DNA from: Myxococcota bacterium
GTDB lineage: Bacteria > Myxococcota_A > SURF-8 > G963663525
Direction: 5' to 3'
NCBI GenBank assembly: GCA_963676915.2
Contig: CAXXVK010000029.1
Span: 1-59,910, forward strand
DNA length: 59,910 nucleotides
Shown here: piece after piece, positions 10,001 to 20,117 of the stretch
Layout: each line of letters begins with the position of its first letter
Position numbering within the stretch: position 1 is the stretch's first letter
Made by a program: the position numbers and the translations under genes
The notes under the pieces: generated by a model
Database searches by the model: none
The model's input: only the letters and a program-made list of their open reading frames with translations
What the model was told of the DNA's origin: nothing

Positions 10001-10432
10001 ATGGCCAGTGCGAAGGTTTTGCTTGTCGATGACGAAAATGACTTTACCGCTACGTTGTCCGAACGACTGGAATTGCGCGATCTCGAAGTATTTACCGCCG
10101 ACAACGGAGCCGATGCCATCAAACTTGCCGAAAACCACCGGTTCGATGCGGTGGTCCTGGATCTGCAAATGCCCGGAATGGATGGCATCGAGACGCTGAA
10201 ACGTTTGCTGTCCGGTGATGCCGATCAACAGGTTCTTATTCTGACGGGACACGGTTCCATCTCCAAAGGTGTCGAGGCCATGAAAGCCGGAGCCACGGAA
10301 TTTTTGGAAAAACCGGTGGATATCAAAGTGTTGACCGAGAAAATCGGTGAGGCTGCCGTCCAACGCATGATCATGATGGAAGAACGATCCGCCCAGGCTA
10401 TTGACGACATACTGAAGAAAAAAGGCTGGTAA
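10001..10432 (+). CDS. Single-domain response regulator (REC)
   Basis: VLLVDDE, VLDLQMPGMDG, LTGHG and KP motifs. Confidence 0.92.
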   Translation: MASAKVLLVDDENDFTATLSERLELRDLEVFTADNGADAIKLAENHRFDAVVLDLQMPGMDGIETLKRLLSGDADQQVLILTGHGSISKGVEAMKAGATEFLEKPVDIKVLTEKIGEAAVQRMIMMEERSAQAIDDILKKKGW

Positions 10433-10498
10433 AGGGAGCGGGGGATTCAAAAGGCAGTTTAATTTGGGGGGTAAAAAGGGTAGGGGATACTCTAAATG

Positions 10499-11584
10499 CT
10501 ATTGTTGTTTTTTTACACAGCGAAATCCAACTGAAAAATTCCTGTGGTCATCATACTTGGCATAGTAACGATAAGAAGCACGGGTTTCATAAACACCTGA
10601 TTGCCAGCTTCCACCTCTTAGAACTCCCCTATCTAAACTATTATACTGGATCCAGTCATTAGGGTGATCGTACTCTGATTTATAATCTTTGTCGCACCAT
10701 TCCCAAACGTTTCCAATCATATCGTAGAGACCAAAAGCGTTTGGAAGTTTTTGGCCGACCTTGTGGGTGCGTTTTTCAGAGTTTCGGTTTGTCCAGGCAA
10801 TTTCGTCCAGGCAATCGGACTCCATGCCGCAGCCATACACGGTTTCAGATCCGAGCGGGTTGGCGCGAGCGGCGTATTCCCATTGCTCCTCTGTTGGAAG
10901 ATTTCCATCAAGCAATGTACAGAAATTGCGGGCTTCTTCAAGGGTAAAGCGATCCAAAGGACAAGCAGGGCAATTTGAAAAATAGCTGGGGTTTTCTTTT
11001 GGAATACCTTCAAAATACGGAAGCAAAAACCCGCTATAATAACCCTCTGTAGCCTTTTTTATAATGTTTTCATATTGCTGTTGGGTAATTTCAGTTTCCG
11101 TCATCAGGAAGCCTTCCAATGGTACTTCGTGGGAAGGCAATTCGTCTGTATTGCAAAATCGATCTCCTTCGGCACATCCCATCATGAACTCTCCAGCAGG
11201 AATGGGAACCCAAGCAATACCAATATAGTCAATAATAGTTCCTTCGGGTCTGGGATAAAGACGTTCCTCGATATCTTCTTCCTCGTCTTCATCTCCTTCC
11301 GGTGGATTGATTAGCGGATCATTCAGACTAGAAACGCATAGACCTTCCACGCAGATGAAATCGCAGATACAGTTCCACGTTTCTTCACAGGGATCTCCGT
11401 AATGAACGTTTCCACGTTGGTTAGGGTCACAATCTTCGATTTGTGCGCATTCGATACGTTTATTTTCCTGACATGCCAAGGGCCATGAGAAAATCACGAA
11501 TAAAATCCATGACATGGATTCAATATATCGGATCAGTTTTTTCAATTCGCAATTCATAATTTTATAGGTGGCGTTATTGTACAT
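10499..11584 (-). CDS. FGE-sulfatase/SUMF1-domain lipoprotein with Cys-rich N-terminus
   Basis: Lipobox PLAC; IPAGEFMMG, TEITQQQY, LPTEEQWEYAARA, PNAFGLYDMIGNVWEW, RGGSW, GFRCV; exact start uncertain (11584, 11557 or 11515). Confidence 0.9.
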   Translation of the reverse strand: MYNNATYKIMNCELKKLIRYIESMSWILFVIFSWPLACQENKRIECAQIEDCDPNQRGNVHYGDPCEETWNCICDFICVEGLCVSSLNDPLINPPEGDEDEEEDIEERLYPRPEGTIIDYIGIAWVPIPAGEFMMGCAEGDRFCNTDELPSHEVPLEGFLMTETEITQQQYENIIKKATEGYYSGFLLPYFEGIPKENPSYFSNCPACPLDRFTLEEARNFCTLLDGNLPTEEQWEYAARANPLGSETVYGCGMESDCLDEIAWTNRNSEKRTHKVGQKLPNAFGLYDMIGNVWEWCDKDYKSEYDHPNDWIQYNSLDRGVLRGGSWQSGVYETRASYRYYAKYDDHRNFSVGFRCVKKQQ

Positions 11585-12908
11585 TCATTTGAACGACCTC
11601 ATCAATTGGTCCGGCAATGCCACGAATAACTTTTCCCTCCATATCCATGACCAGCAAATCTCCCGATTCTGTAACGGTTCCTGTCGTAGGCCATCCCATA
11701 CCATATCCCTTTACGTAAGTTCCATCAGAGCTACCTAAATATAAGGAATTATTTGTAGCACTACCTGCAACCAATTTGAAAACACGCTCTGTGTCATCAA
11801 TCAAGAAAAGGCTATGTTGATCGTAAGCCAGTACGAGGGGACCACTACTGGAAATATAAAAAAAGTTCGAATAGATCTTATTCTGATAATCGAAAGATGC
11901 ACCGTCGTGGGGGCATTCCTCTTGAGGGCATTCTTCTCCAACTTCCCCAGCAAGGAAACGGGCTTCGATTTGATTGTTTCCAACCATAACAAGCGTAACC
12001 AGAGCTTCATAAATCGTTCCAATACCCCTTCCGGAATTTTTATCGAAAACAAAACCGTCCTCGATGTGCCGTAAGGAGAAGTAAGAACAAAAACTTCCTC
12101 CTATACAATTCAACACAAGTTCCGTCAGTTCTCCATTTTCAAAGAACGCATATCCTCTATCGGTTCGGATCATCAACACATCGTCGTCAATAAATTGAAT
12201 GTGACCCAAAAGCAGTCCCCTTTCGGGATCATCGCTTTTATACAGAAGTTTTGTGCTTTTGCTCTCGATATCCAATTCGATGATCGCGGTAGTGCGTCTA
12301 AACTCACTTTCTACTAAGGACCATATGACCGTAAAAATCAGTTTGCCGTCTTTATAAAGCACCCCTTCAGAAAATATATCCCAAATCGGTTCAGAGATTC
12401 CCAACTCCTCGGGTTCAATGACCTTAAAAACACCACTTTCCTGTTCGCTTACGTAATAAACGATTAAAAATCTTCCAATATCCGAATACTGACCTCGGTC
12501 CAATACCAGAGCTTGTTTGTTTTTTTCATCGAAAGCAAAGCTGTAAGAAGATTTAGAACCTTGATCGTGATGAGGAGAAAAAGTATTTGGAATGCATCCA
12601 AGCGAAAAGTACTGACCGGTACTAACTTCGCTTCTCCATAGAGTTTTATTGGAATTATAGCTATGAAATGGATTCTGAGGAGATAAACGTTTCTCTCCAT
12701 CGTCGATATCCAATTCGTTTTCATCGAAATCTTCTTCGCTCATGTCACCATTGGTAGAAAATTCTTCGTCGCATTCTATATATTGTATAGTTTCTTTATT
12801 GCATCCATGTGAAATGCTTACGAGGAGAAAAAAGATCAAAAATCCTATTGCAGAATTAACACGAGGATCACATGCAATGAGACTTTGGTTTTGCAATAAT
12901 CTTTTCAT
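11574..12908 (-). CDS. Hypothetical lipoprotein, possibly beta-propeller
   Basis: 444-aa ORF, hydrophobic segment ending SHGC, acidic linker, NHL-like C-terminus (GDLLVMDMEGKVIRGI); AT-richer than zone 1. Confidence 0.6.
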   Translation of the reverse strand: MKRLLQNQSLIACDPRVNSAIGFLIFFLLVSISHGCNKETIQYIECDEEFSTNGDMSEEDFDENELDIDDGEKRLSPQNPFHSYNSNKTLWRSEVSTGQYFSLGCIPNTFSPHHDQGSKSSYSFAFDEKNKQALVLDRGQYSDIGRFLIVYYVSEQESGVFKVIEPEELGISEPIWDIFSEGVLYKDGKLIFTVIWSLVESEFRRTTAIIELDIESKSTKLLYKSDDPERGLLLGHIQFIDDDVLMIRTDRGYAFFENGELTELVLNCIGGSFCSYFSLRHIEDGFVFDKNSGRGIGTIYEALVTLVMVGNNQIEARFLAGEVGEECPQEECPHDGASFDYQNKIYSNFFYISSSGPLVLAYDQHSLFLIDDTERVFKLVAGSATNNSLYLGSSDGTYVKGYGMGWPTTGTVTESGDLLVMDMEGKVIRGIAGPIDEVVQMNVQ

Positions 12909-13082
12909 TCAATACAACTCTGGCATCGATCGAAGTATTAGGAAGTGGATTTGAATTCACTGCATTGTAAGTAGAAAATCTACAGAATCCAGAGTATACG
13001 AATCTTCTTAGAATAACAAGGTTTGGTGCAGATGGAAATCGTTTTCCCGGACGGGTGGCCGTGAAAATAAATATCCAATCAT

Positions 13083-13211
13083 GGGTGCCACAGCCTCACG
13101 AACGGAGTTCGTGAGGCTGTGGTCCATTTTATGACTGATAACTTATCGTAAGCCAACGTCTCTAGCAAAGCCTCGCGTCATCCTGAGGACGCCGTGAGAC
13201 TATGGCATCCC
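13083..13211. repeat. REP/REPIN-like doublet of hairpins
   Basis: Perfect 16-bp stem CCACAGCCTCACGAAC-gga-GTTCGTGAGGCTGTGG (13088-13122); a related imperfect hairpin reads GGATGCCATAGTCTCACG on the opposite strand (ending near 13211) versus GGGTGCCACAGCCTCACG. Confidence 0.55.
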
Positions 13212-13857
13212 TTTGTTTGAAAATTATTTATCCCGGCCTGTATAATTCGTAACCGCTCCAGGAATGGATCGTTGATTGTTCTCACGAAAACTATGAAGGC
13301 GCACAGACTGATGGAAGTATTTGGATGGAAGAAAACCGTGGCGATTGTACAAAGCAAATATTTAAAGGAAGTACATTCAATACTGATATCAATGCCACAG
13401 ATGAACTCTGGACGTATTGTCCCTCGGGTCGCTTCTGGGATATGATAGATATTCGGGGTGTTGCCGATGGTTTTTCGTTGTGCGAGGGAGGTGCAAAATC
13501 TTTAGACAGAATAATTCACGAGGATCGTTGCGAGACGCCGAAAGCCAACAGGAGAAACTGCAGTGCTGGGGACGTGTTTTCCATGCAGGAATTTGTATCT
13601 CGTTTCCCAGGTCATCGTAAGAAACTTTCCTCAATCGAAAAGAAATGTGCCAAAGCACCAGGAAATACCAAAGGCCAATGGCCTGAATTTACAGGACGTT
13701 TGAGTTTGAGAAAGCGAGGTTGGAGAAAGGCTTTCCTACAAACCGTACTATACCGAAAATCCTGGGTAGTGAAAGCCGAAACCAACTGTCGAACGATACC
13801 TGTACGATCATTTCATATTTATCCCTGCGTTTTGTGCTACGTAGGAGTGAATACTCA

Positions 13858-15099
13858 TCAGAAGGGTTTCAATCCGCCGGTCCCGTATTGCTCAAGGTAA
13901 AATCTATGAGGTCCGATGCAGGAATCGAAAAAAGCGCAATCCGAAAACGGACAGACGTTGCCGACTTTCCCGTCTCTCGTTCGGATCGCCGTCGCTTTCA
14001 ATTCTTCCATAGCAAGCCTGCTTCTGTACAAGCAAAGAGGTTCCTTTTGCAGAGTTCCTTTCGTTACCTCGGTGGACTTCGGAATCATCGGAATGATCTC
14101 GTCGGCAAGCTTGTTGTAAGGGACTACATGCCGCAGATACTTGGCGATCGTTGATGCTTCCATACTGTCGCGATCGCAAACCAGTGAGCGAAAGAAAGAA
14201 AGCGAAAGTTTCTCTCTTTCCAACTTTTCAAGAAAGGTTCCGAATCGGGGGATCGTCGACTTCACCGCCAGAAACTGAATGATTGGGCGTATCCCCCTGG
14301 TACGGCAGTTTTCGATGGCTTTCCAGATGGCTTCTCCGGCTCCATGTTTTCCGACCAACTTGTCATGAGTTCCGAAATCGTCGGAATACGGAGCTAGAAT
14401 ACAGGCGTATAGTCCGGCTTTCTTCAATCGCCTTACATATCCCGAATCCGCAAGCTTCAGTCCGTTGGTTTCCAGATTGACTTTTCCCACACCCTTATGT
14501 ACCGCAGCCCGTATTATTTCCGGTAGGTCCTTGAAGAAGGTCGGTTCGGCACGGGTCAGTGTCAGGGATGGTGTTTTTTCGATCAGCGGCAGATAATGTT
14601 TGACGGCAAGCGGCTCTCCGTCGACGTAGATTTTCGGAAATTTGAGATTGCAAAAGCCGCAATCGCATCGACAGTCCGCAAAGAAATACAACAGACCTGA
14701 ATTCCCACCGGTTCCGCAGGCCCGTGAGGCAAATTCTTCACGGGTAAAAAAGAGTTCCTTCGTATCTTCACCGGAACCGTCCTTTTCCCGGGCCATCAAC
14801 GAGAAGAGTTGTTCTTTTGAGAGTCCGTCGGTTCGTTTGGCGATCAGGGAAATCAGCAAATTGAAGAATTTATCGGGAAGTGGACGAGTGCTGTCCACCG
14901 CCGCATCGAAATGCACGGTCGCACCGAAGCGATTGTCGAAACCGAACGGTGACAGTTTGATTTTCACGGAAGTGTTCAAACGCGTCAAGCGGAAATCGAG
15001 AACGATTCCGGTATCGGAAAAATCCGCTTTAACCAGTGTTAGTCCATCGGCAGGACTCCAGTTCGAAGGAAATAATCTGTCGGAGTCTAACTGATTCAT
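13858..15099 (-). CDS. Radical SAM protein with N-terminal extension and C-terminal Cys cluster
   Basis: CxxxCxxC (CRCDCGFC), TRAEPT in place of GGEPT, ETNGLKL, THDKLVGKHGA, C-terminal CPFSDCAFFDSCIG. Confidence 0.75.
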   Translation of the reverse strand: MNQLDSDRLFPSNWSPADGLTLVKADFSDTGIVLDFRLTRLNTSVKIKLSPFGFDNRFGATVHFDAAVDSTRPLPDKFFNLLISLIAKRTDGLSKEQLFSLMAREKDGSGEDTKELFFTREEFASRACGTGGNSGLLYFFADCRCDCGFCNLKFPKIYVDGEPLAVKHYLPLIEKTPSLTLTRAEPTFFKDLPEIIRAAVHKGVGKVNLETNGLKLADSGYVRRLKKAGLYACILAPYSDDFGTHDKLVGKHGAGEAIWKAIENCRTRGIRPIIQFLAVKSTIPRFGTFLEKLEREKLSLSFFRSLVCDRDSMEASTIAKYLRHVVPYNKLADEIIPMIPKSTEVTKGTLQKEPLCLYRSRLAMEELKATAIRTRDGKVGNVCPFSDCAFFDSCIGPHRFYLEQYGTGGLKPF

Positions 15100-15248
15100 T
15101 GACCATTCTCTTAATATTACATGCAGATCGAAAACGGAATTAAATATAAACCATCATTATATACGAAGAACACTTCATTGTAAATGAAGCTTATCGTATT
15201 CGACACAGCGGCTTACGAGCGATGGGCGAAACCGGACGGGGCGGCCTT

Positions 15249-15792
15249 TCAAAATAGATCGCCGAGGTAGGTGAATCCCAGTCCGTGAGAGTGCATGTTT
15301 TCTTTATAGAAGCCCTGGTATCCGAAAAACCAGTCACGGCGAGACTGGTGTCTCCGATGTCTCCGGCCAATGCGTCTCCGGTCCATCCCAGTTGTAGTGC
15401 GGGATCGAAGAGTAGGCCCAGTCCTCGAAGTCGTAGGCGACAATAGCTTTGTTTCCATTGAGACTAAAGTTTCCTTGAAGTATCTCAGAAAACAAAGCTT
15501 TTGCTTCTGCAACTGATAAGGTTACCTGTAGTATCCCTAGTTTATAGTAATCGTTAATGGTAATTGGACTGGGAGTGAGAAAGACCGTCTGATTGTTATT
15601 CTCTAGTTCTGAGAAACAACCAAGTGAATAGAAATTTGAGATATTGCCAGTCTCATTTTCAATTAGAAAGACCTGAGTTATTTCAAAACTCTTGTAAAAT
15701 CCTAGAACTCCAGGTTTAACAAGGAATTCAAAATCTTTAACAGCCCGACGCCGTTTGTCGATGATTTCAACTTTTCTGTCTCTTGGATACAA
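15249..15792 (-). pseudogene. Gene remnant or chimera of unknown family
   Basis: AT-rich 5' part joined near 15445 to GC-richer sequence, with a frame change near 15335; no complete domain recognised. Confidence 0.3.
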
Positions 15793-15933
15793 TACAATTT
15801 CCTTTCAGTAGTACGACTGTGAGGCTTTTTTAGAATAAATAGACAAAGTCGAAATGACTGGGATGATACCACGAAACTATGGAATTATCCACTGAGGATA
15901 TTCAAGTTCACAACGGTGGAAAAATGTAGTAGG

Positions 15934-16581
15934 ATGAAAAACATGATGATCGACAGCAAAACGCCAATCGCAGAAATCCCTTTCGTAGCCTTTGATACAG
16001 AGACTTGTGGCTTGAACGAGGCCCGTGTCGTGGAACTGGCCGGAGTCCGGTTTCGTGGCGGTGCGGAAGAAGCCAGATTCCAAACCCTAGTGGACCCGAA
16101 GGAACCGATACCCGCTGAAGTAACAGCCATTCACGGAATTACCGACGAGATGGCGCGCGGAGCGCCGACAATACGCGAGGCGTTGATTTCGTTCCTGGAG
16201 TTTTCGAGGGGAGCTGTGTGGCTTGCCCACAATTCTCCGTTCGATGTGAAGATACTCACAGCTGAATTCTACCGGAGCGATCTGGCTATTCCGACATGGC
16301 CGGTACTATGTTCATGCCGTTTGTCAAGGAGGCTCAATGGTGGCTTGAAATCCCATAGCTTGGGCTCGGTCTGCCAGCATTTCGGTGTCCGACAGCAGGA
16401 CGCACATAGGGCTTTGGGAGACAGCCTGGACGTCATGGCCGTATTCACGCGGATGATGGCAAAACGCCCGGAAATAACGTTTGGCGAGTTATTGAAGATC
16501 CATAAAAAGCCGTACAGCTTTGACGATGCTATTGAAAAATCCCATACAATCCCCCACAAAGCACGATTAAATCGAATCTAA
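15934..16581 (+). CDS. DEDDh 3'-5' exonuclease (DNA Pol III epsilon-like)
   Basis: Exo I AFDTETCG, Exo II AHNSPFD, Exo III HRALGDS; IHGITDEM. Confidence 0.92.
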   Translation: MKNMMIDSKTPIAEIPFVAFDTETCGLNEARVVELAGVRFRGGAEEARFQTLVDPKEPIPAEVTAIHGITDEMARGAPTIREALISFLEFSRGAVWLAHNSPFDVKILTAEFYRSDLAIPTWPVLCSCRLSRRLNGGLKSHSLGSVCQHFGVRQQDAHRALGDSLDVMAVFTRMMAKRPEITFGELLKIHKKPYSFDDAIEKSHTIPHKARLNRI

Positions 16582-16655
16582 AGCGATACTCACGATCCAA
16601 AGTTCTGCAACATAAAACTACTACTTGCAAATGGTCGGGGCTGGGGAAGTGTGCC

Positions 16656-17082
16656 ATGAGGCCGAATTTCACGGCGAAGGCTGAGATGTCGCTAAATTTG
16701 GTGATCGAGGCTTTCCGCAACGGAGAAATTGCCGAGCGCTGCGCTCTGCCACATCTCCGATGTCGTTCTGATGGAACTGGAGCAACGCGCCCAAGCGCTT
16801 TCGACCCACGCCTCGACCCGCATCGAAGGCAATCCGCAGCCGCTGACCGAGGTGAACAATATTCTGAAAGCGATTCAGAAGAATCTGCGCGCCAGTGAAC
16901 GGGAGGTCGTGAACTACAATGCGGCCTTGAAGAACCTGGGCGCATTGCTTCAGGAGCGTACACCTCAGTTTTCCCACAAGCTTATTCTCGACATCCACCA
17001 AACTGTGATGAAGGGCTTGATGGAAAGGCACGATGATTGGGGTGTAGCAGGAAGCGCTGTGAGATTTGCTTCGGATGTTTAG
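16656..17082 (+). pseudogene. Truncated, frameshifted Fic-family gene (N-terminal part only)
   Basis: STHASTRIEGN, EREVVNY and ILDIHQTVMKG are Fic N-terminal motifs; frame change near 16745; ends before the HPFxDGNGR motif. Confidence 0.7.
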
Positions 17083-17279
17083 CTTTCGTGACGATCTGAT
17101 TGTGGTGGTGGATCGCGGTTATGGCAACACGCGCTGGATCGCGGATGTTCAAAGCTGGGGTGTTCGGGGACAACTTCCTAAAAGAGTCTTTATTCAATTA
17201 TTTGTAATGGTTATGTTGTTTCTCTGAACCCCGAAACTTGAGACAACGCTGTTTTTAAAACATTTAAAAAACAAATGCG

Positions 17280-17307
17280 TTGACATAATATATCCTTATC
17301 TTAAAAT
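17280..17307 (+). promoter_or_regulatory. Sigma70-type promoter upstream of the orphan cmr1
   Basis: TTGACA (17280-17285), 16-bp spacer, TAAAAT (17302-17307) in an AT-rich tract. Confidence 0.45.
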
Positions 17308-17493
17308 CGTAGGCAAATAAATTACAGAGGGCCGTTCGGTTCTTGGCGATGTTTTCCAAAGAGCCTTTTTCCCAATATTTCATTCTTACGACTTTTGGGT
17401 GTCTGGAATTTATGTGTGCAAAACTGGATTTAATCACAATCGAGGATATGCTTATGCTATTACGAATGTTAACCTAACCGGAAGGTTTAAGTC

Positions 17494-18200
17494 ATGCCAC
17501 CGAGAAAAGTCGTTCCATATAAGGAATACGTAGGATCATTCAATCTTGACACCGATTTGGAATCCTTGGCAAAAGCTCGCGAAGACTCACGGTTCCATAC
17601 CATCAACGCGAAAATCAAGGTGGTAACGCCGATTTTCGGCGGTGGTGTTGAGGCGGCGAAGAGCGACCCAGAGGATGTCATTCGTGCTTCGACGATTCGT
17701 GGCCATGTGCGCTTTTGGTGGAGGGCGCTTTATGCCTCTAACTACGATTCCATTGAAGAAATGTACAATGATGAGGCAAAAATATGGGGGGGCACGCAGT
17801 AGCGTGACCCTAGAGATGACAATAGAAAAAAAAGCCGCGCATCGATGGTCAAGGTAATGGTGGACGTTGAGAAGAAAGGAAAAAGTATTAGGGCTGGTTA
17901 TCATCGAAAAAATAAAGACAATACCAAACCACCGTCTGCAGCCGCAACATTTGAAGTTGGTCTCGATTACGCTCTTTGGACTTTACAAAGAGATGAGAAA
18001 GAGAGAAAGGCACATATTGGGAAAGAATTGAATACGCTTGATGTTCTTCAGGATGTCGAAATCAAGCTTTCGGTAACTTTTCCTAATTGCCTCGCCCATT
18101 CTTCGATGGAAACAGTTTTACAGGCGTGGCTACTGTTTGGAGGATATGGAGCACGAACTCGTAGAGGATTAGGCTCCCTAATGAATGAGGATTCATTTTT
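17494..18200 (+). pseudogene. cmr1: Orphan type III-B cmr1 with in-frame TAG and C-terminal truncation
   Basis: KVVTPIFGGG..IRASTIRGHVRFWWRA and WLLFGGYGARTRRGLGSL RAMP motifs; ORFs 17494 and 17845 share a frame and are separated by one TAG (17800-17802). Confidence 0.85.
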
Positions 18201-18299
18201 GCCTCGAGGCGGTCCATCCCCCCAACGATGCCTGAACCAGGCATGGGTTCCAAGTGACCAAGCAAGTAACATAGCAAACAGGCCGGTGAATCGAGGAAC

Positions 18300-20054
18300 C
18301 TACGTCTGGGAAATCGAACTCTCGCCGGAGCCTTGCGGCTGAAGCCGCCGAAAACGAATCCTTCTGCCGAAAACAACACCGAAAGCAAGCATGATGCAGA
18401 GAGAATTGCCCCGGAAGCGACGAGAGCGAAACCTCCGCCGCATGCTGGAGCATCCCTCATCCAGGTATTCGTCATCGTCTTCGGCATCGATGCAGCCGCC
18501 CGACTCATCGTAGGTAGTCTCTTCCTCTTCGTAACCGGAGCAACCGGACTCGCTGTCATCCCACTCGTACTCCTCTTCTTCATCATCTTGATGGCAACCG
18601 GTATCATCCTCCTCTTCCTCGTAGTCGTCCTGATGGCAGCCAGTGTCGTCGTCGTCATCCCAAAGATCATCATCATCTTCTTCGTAGTCATCCTGGTGAC
18701 AACCGGAGTCTTCAGCTTCCCAGTCGTCGTCGTCTTCCTCGTCATCTTCATGGCAGCCCGACGAGTCATCAAGCCAACTATCGGAGCAATTCCATTTGCA
18801 AAGATAATGCTCATAGGGCGCGCATTCGATACAGCTACATTCAGAAGTCTCACACTTCCACGGGTCGTTCCCCGTAGATGATGAGGAACGAGATGAGGAT
18901 GATGCCGGTTCCAGAGGCTCTTCCTCGCACGGGTTGAATTTCTCGACGATAGTGCGGCCTTCATTGTATGCTTGGGGAGATTTGTCGGGGACCAGTTTTA
19001 AGTCAACCATGTGCTTCGTAGCTTCAAAGGATCGGTAATACGAGGTGAAAAAGCTCTTGTTGCGAACGAACTCGTCCAATCGACCTCCCACAGTCCTGCT
19101 TAGATCGAATAATCCCCACGAATCCGACCGGGTTCGGCACGGCTCCAGAATGGCATCACCGCTCGAAGCGCCGAGGCTTGTACGTCGAGTGATATCCGCA
19201 TTGAACAGTTCTGCCAGCACGTAACCTCCCTGCCTTTCGAGCCAATCCTCGAAAGCTTGCCCATGATCGTCCTCGTTCGTTTTATAGTGGACACTCGCAG
19301 CCCGATAATTCCCAAAGGGATTGGGTTTCCACAGATGCCGATGATCCCCTATCATAATGGATAGCTCGCCGTTTGTAGGCTTGGCTTCTGCGGATAACCA
19401 CCCCAAGGGCAGTACGATGTTTTCGTTTTGCGACCAATCGAAGACCTTCGGCGGCAATCCGTGGAACGGCAAACGACTCCCGCCCCTACTCTCAACAACG
19501 GCTACGTAAAAGACGTAGCCACGTTTTATATAATCGTCCGCAAGGTTCAGCATGGCAGTGGCAGGTATTACCCCGAAGTCCCCAAACCATTCGCGGAACT
19601 CACGCTTGTTGTCGAATTTTTTCATATACTCCATGTTAATCGTTTCGGTATGGTTCAGTAAAAACATCCGGCCTAAGGGATACATGGAGTTGCGGGCTGC
19701 CCCATCACAGGAATCGATGATCCACTCGCAAACGTAATAGTCCGTCGCCTTGGATAGCGCGTTTAGCTGGTTGGCCGATGAGGTATCAACGGTGTTGGGA
19801 AGTTCGGGAAGCGGAACGATCCAGAAAACGCTTTCATCTTCCGGGTAGGAGGACGCCTGCACATGAAGCCGCCAGCCGGAATCGTCGATCACCACGAGAC
19901 TTCGTTGTCTGCTCGGAACATGAAGCTCTCCGTCCCTAGTAAGAAAGAGTCCCTGAGCCTGGCTGTTGGGCAGAAACGCGAAACCGAGCGAAACCGTCAC
20001 CAGCCAGCCAGCCGTTTGGATTTTCAACGCACGTGCACACCTTGCTTTTCGCAT
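18300..20054 (-). CDS. Secreted/surface protein, DUF2330-like N-terminus, Gly-Cys/acidic repeats, C-terminal sorting-signal-like tail
   Basis: Signal peptide; FWIVPLPELP and YIKRGYVFYVA resemble DUF2330; repeated (S/T)GCH(Q/E)DD-acidic units; tail GCS..RR..hydrophobic..RRIRFRR resembles MYXO-CTERM. Confidence 0.6.
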   Translation of the reverse strand: MRKARCARALKIQTAGWLVTVSLGFAFLPNSQAQGLFLTRDGELHVPSRQRSLVVIDDSGWRLHVQASSYPEDESVFWIVPLPELPNTVDTSSANQLNALSKATDYYVCEWIIDSCDGAARNSMYPLGRMFLLNHTETINMEYMKKFDNKREFREWFGDFGVIPATAMLNLADDYIKRGYVFYVAVVESRGGSRLPFHGLPPKVFDWSQNENIVLPLGWLSAEAKPTNGELSIMIGDHRHLWKPNPFGNYRAASVHYKTNEDDHGQAFEDWLERQGGYVLAELFNADITRRTSLGASSGDAILEPCRTRSDSWGLFDLSRTVGGRLDEFVRNKSFFTSYYRSFEATKHMVDLKLVPDKSPQAYNEGRTIVEKFNPCEEEPLEPASSSSRSSSSTGNDPWKCETSECSCIECAPYEHYLCKWNCSDSWLDDSSGCHEDDEEDDDDWEAEDSGCHQDDYEEDDDDLWDDDDDTGCHQDDYEEEEDDTGCHQDDEEEEYEWDDSESGCSGYEEEETTYDESGGCIDAEDDDEYLDEGCSSMRRRFRSRRFRGNSLCIMLAFGVVFGRRIRFRRLQPQGSGESSISQT

Positions 20055-20117
20055 AGCTGTCCCCTTTCTTTTCGGGTTGTGCGAAGAAGCGGCTGAGGGT
20101 AGCCAGAGGTCACCGAG

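Noticed and set aside
13325-13900. 191-aa plus-strand ORF
   Set aside because: No recognisable motifs or RBS, and it overlaps the radical SAM 3' end.
15934-16581. DEDDh nuclease as a CRISPR ancillary gene (signal degradation or prespacer trimming)
   Set aside because: It lies outside the att boundary, 5 kb from the arrays, and looks like an ordinary epsilon-like exonuclease.
18083-18964. Thr/Met-rich 293-aa ORF and its antisense hydrophobic ORF
   Set aside because: They are alternative-frame readings of the acidic repeat region of the 18300-20054 gene.
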